DNA of 64,000 nt. Source: Octopus vulgaris. Lineage: Eukaryota. The stretch lies in the NCBI GenBank assembly GCA_951406725.2, contig OX597820.1, forward strand, positions 4,030,001 to 4,094,000, given 5' to 3'. A program made the position numbers and the translations under genes. This document shows, piece after piece, positions 37,842 through 50,388 of the stretch; the stretch's first letter is position 1; each line of letters starts with the position of its first letter. The notes beneath the pieces are model-generated. The model saw nothing but the letters and a program-made list of their open reading frames with translations. It had not been told where the DNA came from and did not search any database.

Positions 37842-39563
37842 TATATATATAAGGGGAAAAATGGATTGTTATTCCTTTAAAATTCATGGACTTGGAGTTG
37901 CAAGATGTAAACTTAATTCATTTTTGTTTTTTTTTTTTAAAAAGCTACATATAATACTAAATCGGTGAGCTGGGAGTATCGTTGGGCAAAATGCTTAGGG
38001 GCATTTGTTCCTATTCTTTTCACTCTGAGTTCAAATCCCGCCAAGGTCAATTTTGCCCTTTATTCTTACAAGGTCAATAAAATCACTAGGGTTGATGTAA
38101 TTGACTTGTCCCCACTCATCAAAATTGCTGGCCCTGATCTCTGCAACGGATTGGCATCCCGTTCACAAGTAATGATGTCATCTCGGTAACATATTCCATG
38201 GAAACGGGGTAATCTACGTTACAAATCCTTGGGATCAAGAGAAAAAACAAACTAAAAATAACACAATAATACAGGGGCAATTGCCACAATCCATTTATGT
38301 CTACTGAGAACTATTGAAGATCCTATTTTCATTCAATGTATTTAAAGCAAATCGTGGGACGGAATGCAAGCTTACAAAGCAGTCATCAATTTGACTGCAT
38401 CCCAGTTGCTTAAAGTAGAACGCTTATATGCTTAAGTATAATCTCTTTCAGTACAAAGAACGTAGAAGAGAGTTATAGATGCCTTGATAGCATTGCTTTT
38501 GAGACTTACTTCATAATCTATATTCCATACCTGTTGATGGTGCTGAGAGAAATTACGAATGATATTTAAAGTACACTTTTTAAGAGTGGAACCAACCAGT
38601 ACATCGTTCATTTAAATCCAGAGGTAGAGCTAATTCCATCTTTTCATCTCAACAAGTTGTGGTGCACCTGAGCACTGTATACAATAATTTCATTATTATT
38701 ATTATTATTTTATGTCTGAAAATTAAGAAACAATAGTATTGAAAATTCTCACAGTAACTGGAATACCATGGACAGAACTCTTTTAAACATTATGAGTAAG
38801 AATATGCAATTTGTACTTTATGTTTACTCGAGAAATTACATATTCTGATACATTATTGAATTGGAGATCCAAGATTGTATACTTTTGCCATCATGGCGAA
38901 AATGTTTTTTCATTTCTTTTGCAGTTTAAAAATCGAAATATGTCAAATTCTCTTGTTAAAGTTCACCACTTGCACTTGTCTTGCTATATCAAAGCAATAA
39001 TCTGCTCTCATGTGTCAACAGCATTCGTAGATACATTTAGCTTCCAATGTGAAACCTATTGATCAGTGAAAATCATTTTAATGGGTGTTCCCGTTGAGCC
39101 AACGTAATGTTCCTCCGTTCATCTTCATGACGCTTGAACAATGATGCATTGGGAACAAACGCAGACGAACAATGGAATGAATCATTAATTGTTTCCAAAT
39201 GAATAAAATCCATTTTTGAAATGGAAACTCTTTCGTTTGTAACCCCAGCCGTGTGTGTATGCGTGTATAGATGTTTGTATAGATGAGAAAAGCCTATTAA
39301 ATTCGTAATATCATCTGTTATTTGGTGGCCTGATGAGTTGGGAGTTGTGTAACACATCTGTTACTTTCCATTTGAGATTTGTGTTTCAAAGGAAATTATG
39401 TGAGTATGTATTAAGCATGCCAGCCCAGAAAATAGATGTTGAATGATGTTTATGTATGCATGTATGTAAGTATGTATGTATGTATGTATGTATGTATGTA
39501 TGTGTGTGTGTGTATGTATGTATGTGTGTGTGGGGGGGTGATCGTTAATATATTTTGTTAATC

Positions 39564-39800
39564 AAGGTGGCGAGCTGGCAGAAACGTTAGCACGCCGGGC
39601 GAAATGCATAGCCCTATTTCGTCTGCCGTTACGTTCTGAGTTCAAATTCCGCCGAGGTCGACTTTGCCTTTCATCCTTTTGGGGTCGATAAATTAAGTAC
39701 CAGTTACGCACTGGGGTCGATGGAATCGACTTAATCGCTTTGTCTGTCCTTGTTTGTCCCCTCTGTGTTTAGCCCCTTGTGGGTAGTAAAGAAATAGGTA
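39564..39800 (+). mobile_element. tRNA-derived SINE (second family), full-length
   Basis: AAGGTGGCGAGCTGGCAGAA head, GAGTTCAAATTCC box B, GCCTTTCATCCTTT..GGGGTCGATAAATTAAGTACC domain; flanked by repeated TATTTTGTTAATCAA. Confidence 0.9.
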
Positions 39801-40706
39801 TTTTGTTAATCAACTATGTACCGCTTATTTATTTCAGTCATTAGACTGTGGCCATGTTGTAGTGTTACAATAATAGATATAGTCATTTCTTTCCGACCCC
39901 AATGCCAAATATGGACACATTCCACATTTTTATAAACAAATGAAATGCCAGTCTGAAGACGTTTAGATCACCGAGTCTTGGCATTCGATGTCTTAATCAA
40001 CATTCTTCTTAAATTTAGTGATAAATTCTGGTGTATATAAAATTCCTAAATTACTGAACTATACTGGATTTTGAATTTAGAGAAATGTAATGTAATTATA
40101 TTAAAATTAATATTATTTTTCCGATGAGGTTTGACTTTGCTTTCCATCTTTTTTTCGAGGTTGATAAAATAAATACCAGTTGTGTACTGGGGCTGATGTA
40201 ATTGACTAACACACTCCCCCGAAATTACTGGTCTTGTGCCAAAATTTGAAACCAAAATTTTCTTGATTTGCTAATATCCTTTTGGAATACTTTCACCAAG
40301 AATTCAAAGTAACATCGTACAATAAATGGTTTTCAGAGCAGCAACAGCAGAAGTCGTTGAATATCTTTTGAAAGGGCCAAATGTCATACTTAGCACCTAC
40401 TGTCTGCTATATTTGAGTAAGATCTGCCACTACTGGCCTTTGATGACAAAGTGTTAGGCTTAATGACATTTTAAAGGATATTGATGCCTTTAACTGTCCT
40501 TATATTCACTTTCTGCCCTTCGAGATTGAAAGGTTGAGGACACAACCACTTTAAATATCTTGAATGTTATTTCTAATTAGAAATTTCACTTGCTGATAAT
40601 CTGTTATTTAATCAACAAGTCACAGCTCACTTTTTTTTATTTGGTGGCCTGATGAGTTGGGAGTTGTGTAACACATTATGCAAGCTAACTGTATTATACT
40701 TATCTA

Positions 40707-40870
40707 GGAGGCGCAATGGCCTAGTGGTTAGGGCAGCGGACTCGCGGTCGCAGGATCGCGGTTTCGATTCTCAGACCGGGCGTTGTGTGTGTTTATTGAG
40801 CGAAAAAACACCTAAAAGCTCTACGAGGCTCCGGCAGGGGGTGGTGATCCCTGCTGTACTCTTTCACCAC
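40707..40870 (+). mobile_element. tRNA-derived SINE (third family); another copy at ~49025-49365
   Basis: GGAGGCGCAATGGCCTAGTGGTTAGGGCAGCGGACTCG..GGTTTCGATTC head. Confidence 0.8.
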
Positions 40871-41252
40871 AATGGCGGTGCCCCAGCATGGCCACAGCTC
40901 AAAAGCTGAACCTGGAAAAACAAAAAAAAAAAAAAAATATATAAAGCTGAGAATGTGTGTGTGTGTGTACATGCTGTTTGTCTGTCTGTCTGTGTGTCTG
41001 TATATGTGCATCACTGAAACTCGAGAACTACCCAACCAATTTCATTCAAATTTTGCACATGCCTTATTTAGGGTCCATGCAGTGTCATAGGTCAAAAAGA
41101 TTTTCAACTTCTTGCCTAATGTAAGCCCACAGCAATCTCTTATCGCTTACACTACTTCAATATTATGTGTCAAAAGTGAAACAATAACATCTCTATTGTA
41201 ATGTGAAATAATACTTTCAGTTTTAATAGAGTAAGTATTAATACTTTTACTT

Positions 41253-41294
<42 letters not shown>

Positions 41295-42428
41295 TTTCAT
41301 TTCTATTACTTTCACTGTGATATGTATATGTATGATATATATGTATGTGTATGTATGCATATATATGTATGTATATGTATGTATGCATATATATATGTAT
41401 ATGTATGTATGTATATGTATGTATACATATATATATGTATATAGCTGTGTATATATATATATACATAAGTATATATATTTATGTATATATATATATTTAT
41501 GTATGTATATTTATGTGTATATATATGTGTGTGTGTGTGTAAATATATATGTGTATCATCATCATCATCATTTAGCATCCGCTTTCCATGCTAGCATGGG
41601 TTGGATGGACATATATATATGTTTGTATATACAAGTATATACTAGCAGACATACCCGGTAATTCCCTGGAAAGTGAGGCTTACCCCTTGGTTCCATTCTC
41701 ATAATTGTTTCACTACTCCAATAACAACAATACAAAGTATGTAGGCCTTAAAACGGTTTTTGTGCATTTACAGAGAATACCGAACTGTCTTACACAGGAT
41801 CTTGTTTTTAGGAATTCCCAATAAGTTATGAATACACAAACTGTGATGTCAGTTATGTAATAACATTGAAATTAGTTACCCTACAGTAAGAATTCAAATA
41901 AAGTAGCCCCGAAAAGGGCTTTAATCCGTTCCCAGAGTATATAGAACTTAGGAGGAAATACGAATAAGGTATGTATACTAAAATTGTGAAGCATGTTACG
42001 TAACAACAGGCTAATCAGATATGAGATAGGAACAATTCAAAGTAAATAACTCTGAAAAGGGCTTTTGTGTGTTCCCAGAGAATATTACCCTCAGTGGCGC
42101 TAGTCTCAGTATATTCGTGAATAAGTCACTAACCGAAATAAGTGGATCTATTGTTTAGGAAAATACTATTTATTTGTTTAAATGTTGTACTGGATGAATT
42201 CAGAAAATAACTCAAATAGTTCAAATACTAAGAAATAAGCTTATTCAATTTTATTTATACAAAATATTTATGAACCTGAATGGGTTATTTCCCTTGGCTA
42301 TATATAAGAATCCCTTTCAGGAGCGAATGGGTTATTTCCCTTGGATGTTTAAAAATAATATATTAGTTATAAGTGTTATTTACATTATTTACATTTGACG
42401 GATATTTGTCCTCATCATGTTTGTTGTT

Positions 42429-42474
42429 AACACAACGTTTCGGCTGATATACCCTCCAGCATTCATCATGTGTT
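42429..42474 (-). ncRNA. Type-I hammerhead (family A), C3 mutated
   Basis: Minus: AACAC-ATGATGA-ATGCTG GAGGGTATAT CAGCC-GAAA-CGTT-GTGTT. Confidence 0.7.
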
Positions 42475-42591
42475 TTGGGGAAATTTCGAACCTGGGTTCT
42501 CATTCCCAAGGTATTTTTTGATGTTGTTGCTGCTGCTGTTGTTGTTGTTGTTGTTGTTGTTGTTCTTCTTCTTCTTCTTCTTCTTCTTCTT

Positions 42592-42656
<65 letters not shown>

Positions 42657-42883
42657 CATTATTATTATTATTATTCAGGTCATTGCCTGGAATCAAAGTC
42701 GGAATCTTTGGGTTAGTAGCCCATGCTTTTAACCACTGCACCATATACCTGTGCTTAAGAGCATGGGCTACTAACGCTAAGATTCTGAGTTTGTTTCCAA
42801 GCAGTGACCCGAATAATAATAATAATAATAATAACATCAAAAAATACCTTAGGAATGAGAACCCAGATTCAAAATTTCCCCAA

Positions 42884-42926
42884 GACACCTGAAGAAGGCT
42901 GGAGGGTATATCAGCTGAAACATGTT
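42884..42926 (+). ncRNA. Type-I hammerhead (family A), stem III damaged
   Basis: GACAC-CTGAAGA-AGGCTG GAGGGTATAT CAGCT-GAAA-CATGTT. Confidence 0.7.
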
Positions 42927-43230
42927 AACAACAAACGAGATGAGGACAAATATCCGTCAAATGTAAATAATGAACATTATTCCTCATTCCTTAAATATAG
43001 AACTGAAGTTATAAGTAGTAGATATAAGAATCCCTTCCAGGGTCTCTATTATGGATTTTTTCAACAATTTAAGTATGTCACTAGTTTTCCAGACATGAGT
43101 TCTACTCACGTGTCAAGTTTCATCAAAATCGATAAAACAAGTTAGATAAGAACACAACAAACAAACACTCCCACAGATTTCCACATACGAGGTAGATGTG
43201 TATATAAGTGCATATGTATGCATATATGTG

Positions 43231-43271
<41 letters not shown>

Positions 43272-44067
43272 CATCATCATCATCATCATCATTTAGCGTC
43301 CGCTTTCCATGCTAGCATGGGTTGGACGGTTCAACTGGGGTCTGTGAAGCCAGAAGGCTGCATCAGGCTCCAGTTTGATCTGGCAGTGCTTCTACGGCTG
43401 GATGTCCTTCCTAACGCCAACCACTCCGTGAGTGTAGTGGGTGCTTTTTACGTGCCACCCGCACAGGTGCCAGGCGAGGCTGGCAACGGCCACAAACGGA
43501 TGGTGCTTTTTACGTGCCACCAGCATGGAGGCCAGTCGGGGCGGCACTGGCAACGGCCATGATCGGATGGTTCGCTTACTTGTCACCGGCACTGGTATCA
43601 CAGCTGCAATTTCCATTGATGTTGATCGACTTCGATTTTGGTTCTGCTTTCTGATATCTGATTTGATTTGGTTTGATTTTGATTTTGATTATATATATAT
43701 AATTATGTATATATGTGCATATATATATGTATTTATATATATATATACCCCTATATGTATGTATGTATATATATATATATATATATATCAATGTCGCCTT
43801 ACTGACACATGTGCTGGTGGCATGTGTAAAAAGATTTGAGTGAGGTCATTGGCAGTACTGCCGGACTGGCCCCATGCCAGTGGCACGTAAAAAGCACCCA
43901 CTACTCTCTCAGAGTGGTTGGCATTCGGAAGGGCATCCAGCTGTAGAAACTCTGCCAGATCAAGATTGGAGCCTGGTGTGGCTGTCTGGTTTACCAGCCC
44001 TCAGTCAAAATGGAAAGCGGACGTTAAACGATGATGATGATGATATATACACACATATATATATCAT

Positions 44068-45102
44068 CTTCATTGTTCAACCGTGGTCGAGACAATGGAA
44101 TTTACCATGCTACGCCAGACTTCACGGTCCATCATGGCATTACGGAGGTCCTGTTGCTGGATGCCTGTATCCCTGGAGATTACATCAGGGTAGGAGAGTG
44201 TGCGCCCTCTGGTATTGCGAGTAGATGGCTTCCAGAGGAGAAGAGTAGAAATTACTTCTTTTTCAGCTCTACAACAATGTCCAGCAAACTGGACTCTCCT
44301 ACCTTTCACAAGAGATGACACAGGTGGTAGTTTACCATATATTTGCATTTTGGTTGGATGACGCTTCCACGAGAGATTTTGAGCTCTTATAAGGAGGCGA
44401 GTGTAGGTTCCATCCAACTGCCTCTCAAGCTTCTTTGATAACGTCCAGGTTTCTGAGCCATATAGTAGAATTGGTTCGACTGTGGCTTTGAAGATTTCAA
44501 GTTTGAAGTCTCTACTTAGATTTGATGACCAGATCTTATGCATGTCATTACAGGCTGACCAGGCAATACGCTTTCTAGTTAGAAAATCTTTTCCAGATGA
44601 GGATATGTATGACCCAAGATATTTGTAATCAGAAACCATATTTAAGGGCGCATTGTTGAGAGTATGGATGATGCAATCACTGTTGGACAGGCACTTGTTT
44701 ATGTATTCAGTTTTGGCCTCATTGAGGTAAAGACCTACACAATTTGAGGCTTGTTCAAGAGATTGTAAAAGAGACTGGGCATTGGAGAGAGAATCACTGA
44801 TAAGAGGGATGTCATCAGCAAAATCAGTGTCTGTCAAGTACTCAGCTGGGTGTCTGGAAATTCTTCTTGGTTTTATTTCAAAGCCCTTGCCAGAGATGGT
44901 ATCAACTGACATACGTAGCACATAATCAACAACAATGATGAAAAGAAATGGGGTGAGTATGTCTCCCTGCAGTATTCCGGCTTTGATTGAGAAAGATGAT
45001 GTTTCTCTGTCAGGGGTTAAGATGGTTGAAGACGTATCTGTGTAGTGGACCTTGATGGCAGAAATGATTTTGTCTGGTATCCCATAGAGCTTAAGGATTT
45101 CA
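44068..45102 (-). mobile_element. RTE-clade LINE, 5'-truncated, with an open RT C-terminal frame
   Basis: ORF 44070-45167: GILQGDILTPFLF, DFADDI, YKYLGS, ILLYGSETW, FAGHC; short GAT tail; embedded in TA/CA microsatellite. Confidence 0.95.
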
Positions 45103-45162
45103 AATATATATATACACACACATAAATATGCATGTATATGTGTGTGTATATATATGTATATA

Positions 45163-45203
<41 letters not shown>

Positions 45204-45262
45204 GCCATGATAGATTGTTAGCCACTACACACATTTTTTCTCTCCTTGTTTATTCTGTGTCC

Positions 45263-45298
45263 CTTTCTGTAGAAGAGCATAGGCTCGAAACATAAAAG
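45263..45298 (+). ncRNA. Minimal hammerhead-like motif with CUGUAGA core (family B)
   Basis: CTTT-CTGTAGA-A-GAGC ATAG GCTC-GAAA-CATA-AAAG. Confidence 0.55.
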
Positions 45299-45728
45299 AC
45301 TTTTCTATTCCTGAGCGTTATACTAATACGTCTGTTTGTTTTCTACACCACCTGTCTTCATCTTTTGTCTTTTTCGTAAACTCTCCCTATGTATATATAT
45401 ATATATATATATATGTCTGTATATAGAGATGTATATGTATATATATATATATATATATGTGCGTATATGCATATATGTGCGTATATGCATATATATGTGT
45501 ATATATATATATATGTGTGTGCGTATATGCATATATATGTGTATATGTATATATATATGTATGTATATGTATATATATATGTATATAGATATATATATGT
45601 ATATATATGTGCATATATATATGTATATATCTATATATATTTGTGTATATATGTATATACATATATATGTGTATATATATATATATATGCATATTTATAT
45701 ATATATATGTATATATATATATAGATGC

Positions 45729-45761
<33 letters not shown>

Positions 45762-45834
45762 AACACATACATATATATATATACACACACACACACACAT
45801 ATATATATATGGGTGTGTGTGATTGTGTATAGAA

Positions 45835-48120
45835 GAATATATTAATAAAAGGAATTCCAACCTTGTCTGATTTTCACGTTTTATTTACAATCTTATAAAT
45901 GATATAATATAATAAAATATAATATAATAAAATAATAGAATGTTAAATGTTAATTCTGATTGTTCATTTAGTAGTGGTGACAGTCATGCTTCACAATTTT
46001 TGACTGTAGCGAGATGATTGAATCTGTGTCTTAAATACAGTTGTGTAGGCTCCAGATTGCTAGGTTTTGCAAACTGTATTCTGACCAATCAGTGTGTAGC
46101 ATCACTCAATTACTTAAGCTGATTGGTTGGTTGAGCTGATTGGTTTAGGCGTCACGCTTTGTTGGACATATCAAGAGTCCTGTATCTTAACCCTGGCCAA
46201 GGCAGCAATTGTTGGGCTATTTTTAGAAATGTTGTAAATAGCCTTTGTCAGAGATTTTTATATTTTTATATTTCAATTGTCATCATCATCATTGTCAGCA
46301 CCTTAATTATTGTTGCTAGTGGTGATGGTGGTGGCAATAGAACTTTTAACATTTAGCTTGGGTTCAAATTTATCAATAAAATTCTTTTCTTTGATTTTCC
46401 TCTCGACTTCACTTGGGCTGTGTAATTTGTAGAATGGAAATATTATATATATTTTCCGACCACACGTTGCTAGGTGGTTACTCAAAAGTATCTGACGGAC
46501 CTCTGGGTCTCTAATCTGTTGTCGGTGTACACGTGAGTGTTCTGATAGTGTATTTCTTGTCTGACCTACATATATTTCTTCACAATTTGGGCATTTGATG
46601 CAGTAAATTAAATTTCTGCTTTTGCAGTTCATATTTGCGTTTGTGAATATTTTCCCGGTTTTTGTGTTTATATATTGGCTGGTATGTATGAATTGGCATG
46701 TGCCACAATGGCTATCATTGTATTTAGATACAGTGAATGTTTGGTCTTTGTTGCTAAGGTCAAATTTTGCCTTTGTTAGTAATTTTTTACTAAGAACCAT
46801 AGCTCGATCCGTGATTATGTCTTTTAATTCATTACTTTGGGCAATGATTGGTAGGTTTGCTTTGGCAATGTTGAAGATATTCTGGTGACATGGGTTGTGT
46901 GTCACTATGAATGGTATGACTTGTTCTTGTTTTCCTCTTCTTTGGGTTGTCCTAAGTTGTTGTATGGGTATTTTTATAGACTGCTGTATGCCATTTTCTA
47001 TAAGTAGAGATGGGTATTTTAGTTTGAGCAAAAATTTCTTAGTTATGTTAGGCGTTTGTTCCTGATATTTGCATCTTCTATAATGGTACAAATTCTTCTG
47101 GCTAGGCAGTATGGGATGTTGCGTTTTGTATGTGGTGGATGGCACGACTTAAAATTCAGGTATTGATGTGTGTCTGTGTGTTTATAGTATATATCTGTGG
47201 TGATGGTGGTGTCTTTTTTAATTACCATTATATCTAGGAATGGTAATTTGGTACTACTCATCTCCTTTGTAAATTGGAGAGATGGGTGTAGGTTGTTCAG
47301 GAGGATATTGAACTCTTCCAGAGTATTTAGAGATTCTGTCTAGATTATGAAGCAGTCGTCAAGGTATCTCTTCCATGCCTTTTCAATATACTTTCTAAAT
47401 CCAGTGCCATAGTTTACCTCCACCTCTTGGTAGAGTTGTTGTTCTAAGTATCCCATTACAGAGTTGGCGTAAACGGGAGCAAACCTCGTTCCCATCGCCG
47501 TGCCTCTAATTTGGATGTAATTCTTTCCATTGAAGAAGAATGTGTTATTTTCTAGAATAAGTTTGACTGTGTCTAATATAAATGGCACTGTGAATCTGCT
47601 GGGAATCACTTCTCTATGTTTTTCTAACCAGTATTTAATCGCCTTTATTCCTAAATCGTGTGGAATATTGGTGTAGAGGCTTACCACATCAAAACTTAGT
47701 AAGACTGAATTTGTTTCTGTTGTTTTGGGAAGATGGGACAGGAAGTCGATGTCATCCCTGATGAAACTAGATATGTAAGTACATAGTGGTTTCAAAACAA
47801 TGTCAATAAAATTGCTTAGACGGTGGGTAGGGCATGCTGGACCAGCTATAATAGGTCTAAGTTTTAGGTCTTTTGGATGTAGTAATTTTATGTATTCACT
47901 TTCTTGTTCTTTTACTGTCTGTTGAATATCTTTTGATTTATGTATTTTCGGTAAGCCGTAGAAGTTGCTGGGTTTTGGTTCGAAATTGGTGATGTAGTCT
48001 CTTTCATTATCCGTAAGTGAGTTGTAGTGTTTTGAGATCAGGTTGTTGATCTTTTTCATGATGTGGAGGTCTATATTTGAGGGTATTTCACAATAGAAGG
48101 TTGTGTCCTTCAGTTGGTCC
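45835..48120 (-). mobile_element. Penelope-like retroelement (RT plus GIY-YIG, probably Neptune-type), 5'-truncated, one stop and one frameshift
   Basis: FYGLPKIHK, LRPII, FDVVSLYTNIP, GTAMGT, RYLDDCF, LPFLD, YYKHTDTHQYL, CGTC linker, NLIYCIKCPNCEEIYVGQT. Confidence 0.95.
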
Positions 48121-48349
48121 TCAATATATATATGTATGGATATATATATATATATATATGCATATATATTTATGTGTGTGTATATATATATATAGTGAGA
48201 TATGTATATGTATGTGTATATATATTTGTATATATGTGTATACTTGTATGTGATGTGTTGTGAATTTATGGAAAGAAATCCCATAAAACTCAACAATTTA
48301 GTTAGAAATGGAGAAGAGAAGTTGTTAAGATACAGGAGAGAATTTTAAT

Positions 48350-48460
48350 TCATGCAGACAATCGTTTCGTACAGAGATATAAAAATCATGCAAAATTCAT
48401 GGTGGAATAGAATTAGATTAAATTAATTAATTATATAACAATGTACCTTTCAGTGCAAGA
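48350..48460 (-). ncRNA. Hammerhead-like motif with ~70-nt insertion in stem II (family H)
   Basis: Minus: TCTTGCA-CTGAAAG-GTAC..GTAC-GAAA-CGATTG-TC-TGCATGA; GUC site; core one change from canonical. Confidence 0.5.
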
Positions 48461-49778
48461 AGTATAAACAACATTTTTACAAAGAACTTGGGAAAGGAAA
48501 TAGCAGGACAGAATGTAGGAGATTCCTATTTATCCTTATGAGAAAAAGAGAGATGTGAGTCCAGTTAGGTATTAACTAAAACTAAAGGCTATAAATGGTT
48601 ATTTGGAAATATAAGTAAAGGAGTTTTGAGGGATGTTCCCTCTACAGATGAGTATGGAGATTAGAAATTTAAACTACACTTTATGTGTGTATATATATAT
48701 ATATTATAGCCCCAGGCTGACCAAAGCCTTGTGAGTGAATTTTGTACACGGAAACTGAGACTGTTGTATCATCATCATCATCTTTTAATGTCCACTTTCC
48801 ATGCTGGCATGGATTGGACAGTTTGATTGAGGGATGCATTTGTGAATAAATCTTAACTATTTTCCCTGCCTTATTTTTATAATTTTATTTTATATCATTT
48901 TTTTTTTTTTACATACTTTCATTTCACGAGTTACTCACTGGATTTACGATAACGAGTGACAAGGAAGTGCCTGTTCAACTTGTGTGGAACAAATACCACA
49001 AGGTCTTTTAGTTTTGAATGTAACCAGTGGTTAGGTCAGTGGACTCATGGTTGTAGGATCGCGGTTTCGAATCCCAGACCGGGCGTTGTGAGTGCTTATT
49101 GAGCGGAAATACTTAAAAGCTTCACGAGGCTGGTGGTGAACCCTGCTGTCCTCTTTCCCCACAACTTTCTTCCTGTTTCTGTTGCCCCTATATTTCAAAG
49201 AGTCCAGCCTTGTCACACTCTGTGTCACGCTGAATCTCCCCGAGAACTACGTTAAGGGTACACGTGTCCGTGGAGTGCTCAGCCACTTGCATGTTAATTT
49301 TCCAAGCAGGCTGTTCCGTTGATCGGAACAACTGGAACCCTCGTCGTCGTAACCGACGGAGTGCCACTGCTTCGTCAGCTTTCTTGCTGGTGTTTACAAA
49401 CACAAAAGGGACATAGGCAGATACTCTTATCTATAAATACATTCTTTCACTTATTTCATTCATGGGATTATGTTAGTGTAGGGCGCCACATTCAAGGTTT
49501 TAACCACCTACGTCAGCGCTGCTACATATTTCATTTTGGTATGTATTTTAACGATTTCTTATTGTCGAACCGCTTGATATCGGACACAGAAAGACAAATA
49601 AGGTGTGTAGCAATACTGGTCTTGTCTCAACATAAACTTCAATACGGAATGGGTTCATTCATGCATCTTTGTGGATGTTGACATTTCTGTGTCTGTGCCA
49701 TCGATACAAACACACCTTGTTTTTTACTCATTTCATAAGTGTATGTGTACACATTTATGTTTGTACATTATATATATG

Positions 49779-50112
49779 AAGGTGCATGGCTCAGTGGTTA
49801 GAGCGTCGAGCTTATGATTGTGAGGTTGTGAGTTCGAATTCTGGACTGGACTGCGTGTTGTGTTCTTGAGCAAAGACACTTTATTTCACGTTGCTCCAGT
49901 TCACTCAGCTGTAGAAATGAGTTACGACATCACAGGTGCCAAGCTGTATCGGCCCCTTTGCCTCTCCTTTGGATAACACTGGTGGATTGGAGAGGGGAGG
50001 CCGGTATGCGTGGGCAACTGCTGGTCTTCCATAAACATCCTTGCCCGGACTTGTGCCTGGGAGGGTAACTTTCTAGGTGTAATCCCATAATCAGTCATGA
50101 CCGAAGGGGGTT
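49779..50112 (+). mobile_element. tRNA-derived SINE (fourth family)
   Basis: TGGCTCAGTGG box A, GAGTTCGAATTC box B, CTTGAGCAA..CACTTTA..CACTCAGCTG body. Confidence 0.8.
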
Positions 50113-50117
50113 TCAGC

Positions 50118-50151
<34 letters not shown>

Positions 50152-50154
50152 ATA

Positions 50155-50341
50155 ACTTTATTGAAAAGCAGCAAAAATATCACAAACTGTTACTCAGTTT
50201 CATGCTCCTCCTGACGAACGGGAACATGAAACATTGAGTTTTTTGTGATATTTTTGCTGCTTTTCCATAAAGCGTATTACTCTACCTCTGGTATTCGAGT
50301 ACTCTTTTTCCCACCTTGTTTCGCATTTATGTGCTTACTCC

Positions 50342-50343
<2 letters not shown>
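50155..50343. mobile_element. Fold-back PLE-like terminal unit with truncated hammerhead (CTGACGA at 50211); family also at 24547-24671
   Basis: Inverted arms GAAAAGCAGCAAAAATATCACAAA/TTTGTGATATTTTTGCTGCTTTTC; CTGACGA-ACG GGAA CAT-GAAA. Confidence 0.6.

Positions 50344-50383
<40 letters not shown>

Positions 50384-50388
<5 letters not shown>

Larger units (their letters stand above)
42375..43006. mobile_element. Inverted pair of PLE terminal units (tRNA-like head, microsatellite, hammerhead) with 10-bp TSD
   Basis: TSD AGTTATAAGT at 42365-42374 and 43007-43016; minus copy ~42375-42750, plus copy ~42751-43006. Confidence 0.88.
41642..43196 (-). mobile_element. Non-autonomous Helitron (~1.55 kb) hosting the fold-back hammerhead insertion
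   Basis: Minus: A^TCTACC 5' end, CCAGGGAATTACCGGG hairpin-like segment, CTAG^T 3' end; internal tandem duplications. Confidence 0.65.

Noticed and set aside
40707-40780. tRNA gene candidates (also 39564 and 49779)
   Set aside because: They continue into SINE bodies and lack a complete cloverleaf.
42363-42892. Poly-R/K/N/L/F ORFs
   Set aside because: Compound (GCT)(GTT)(CTT)(ATT) tract inside the family-A element.
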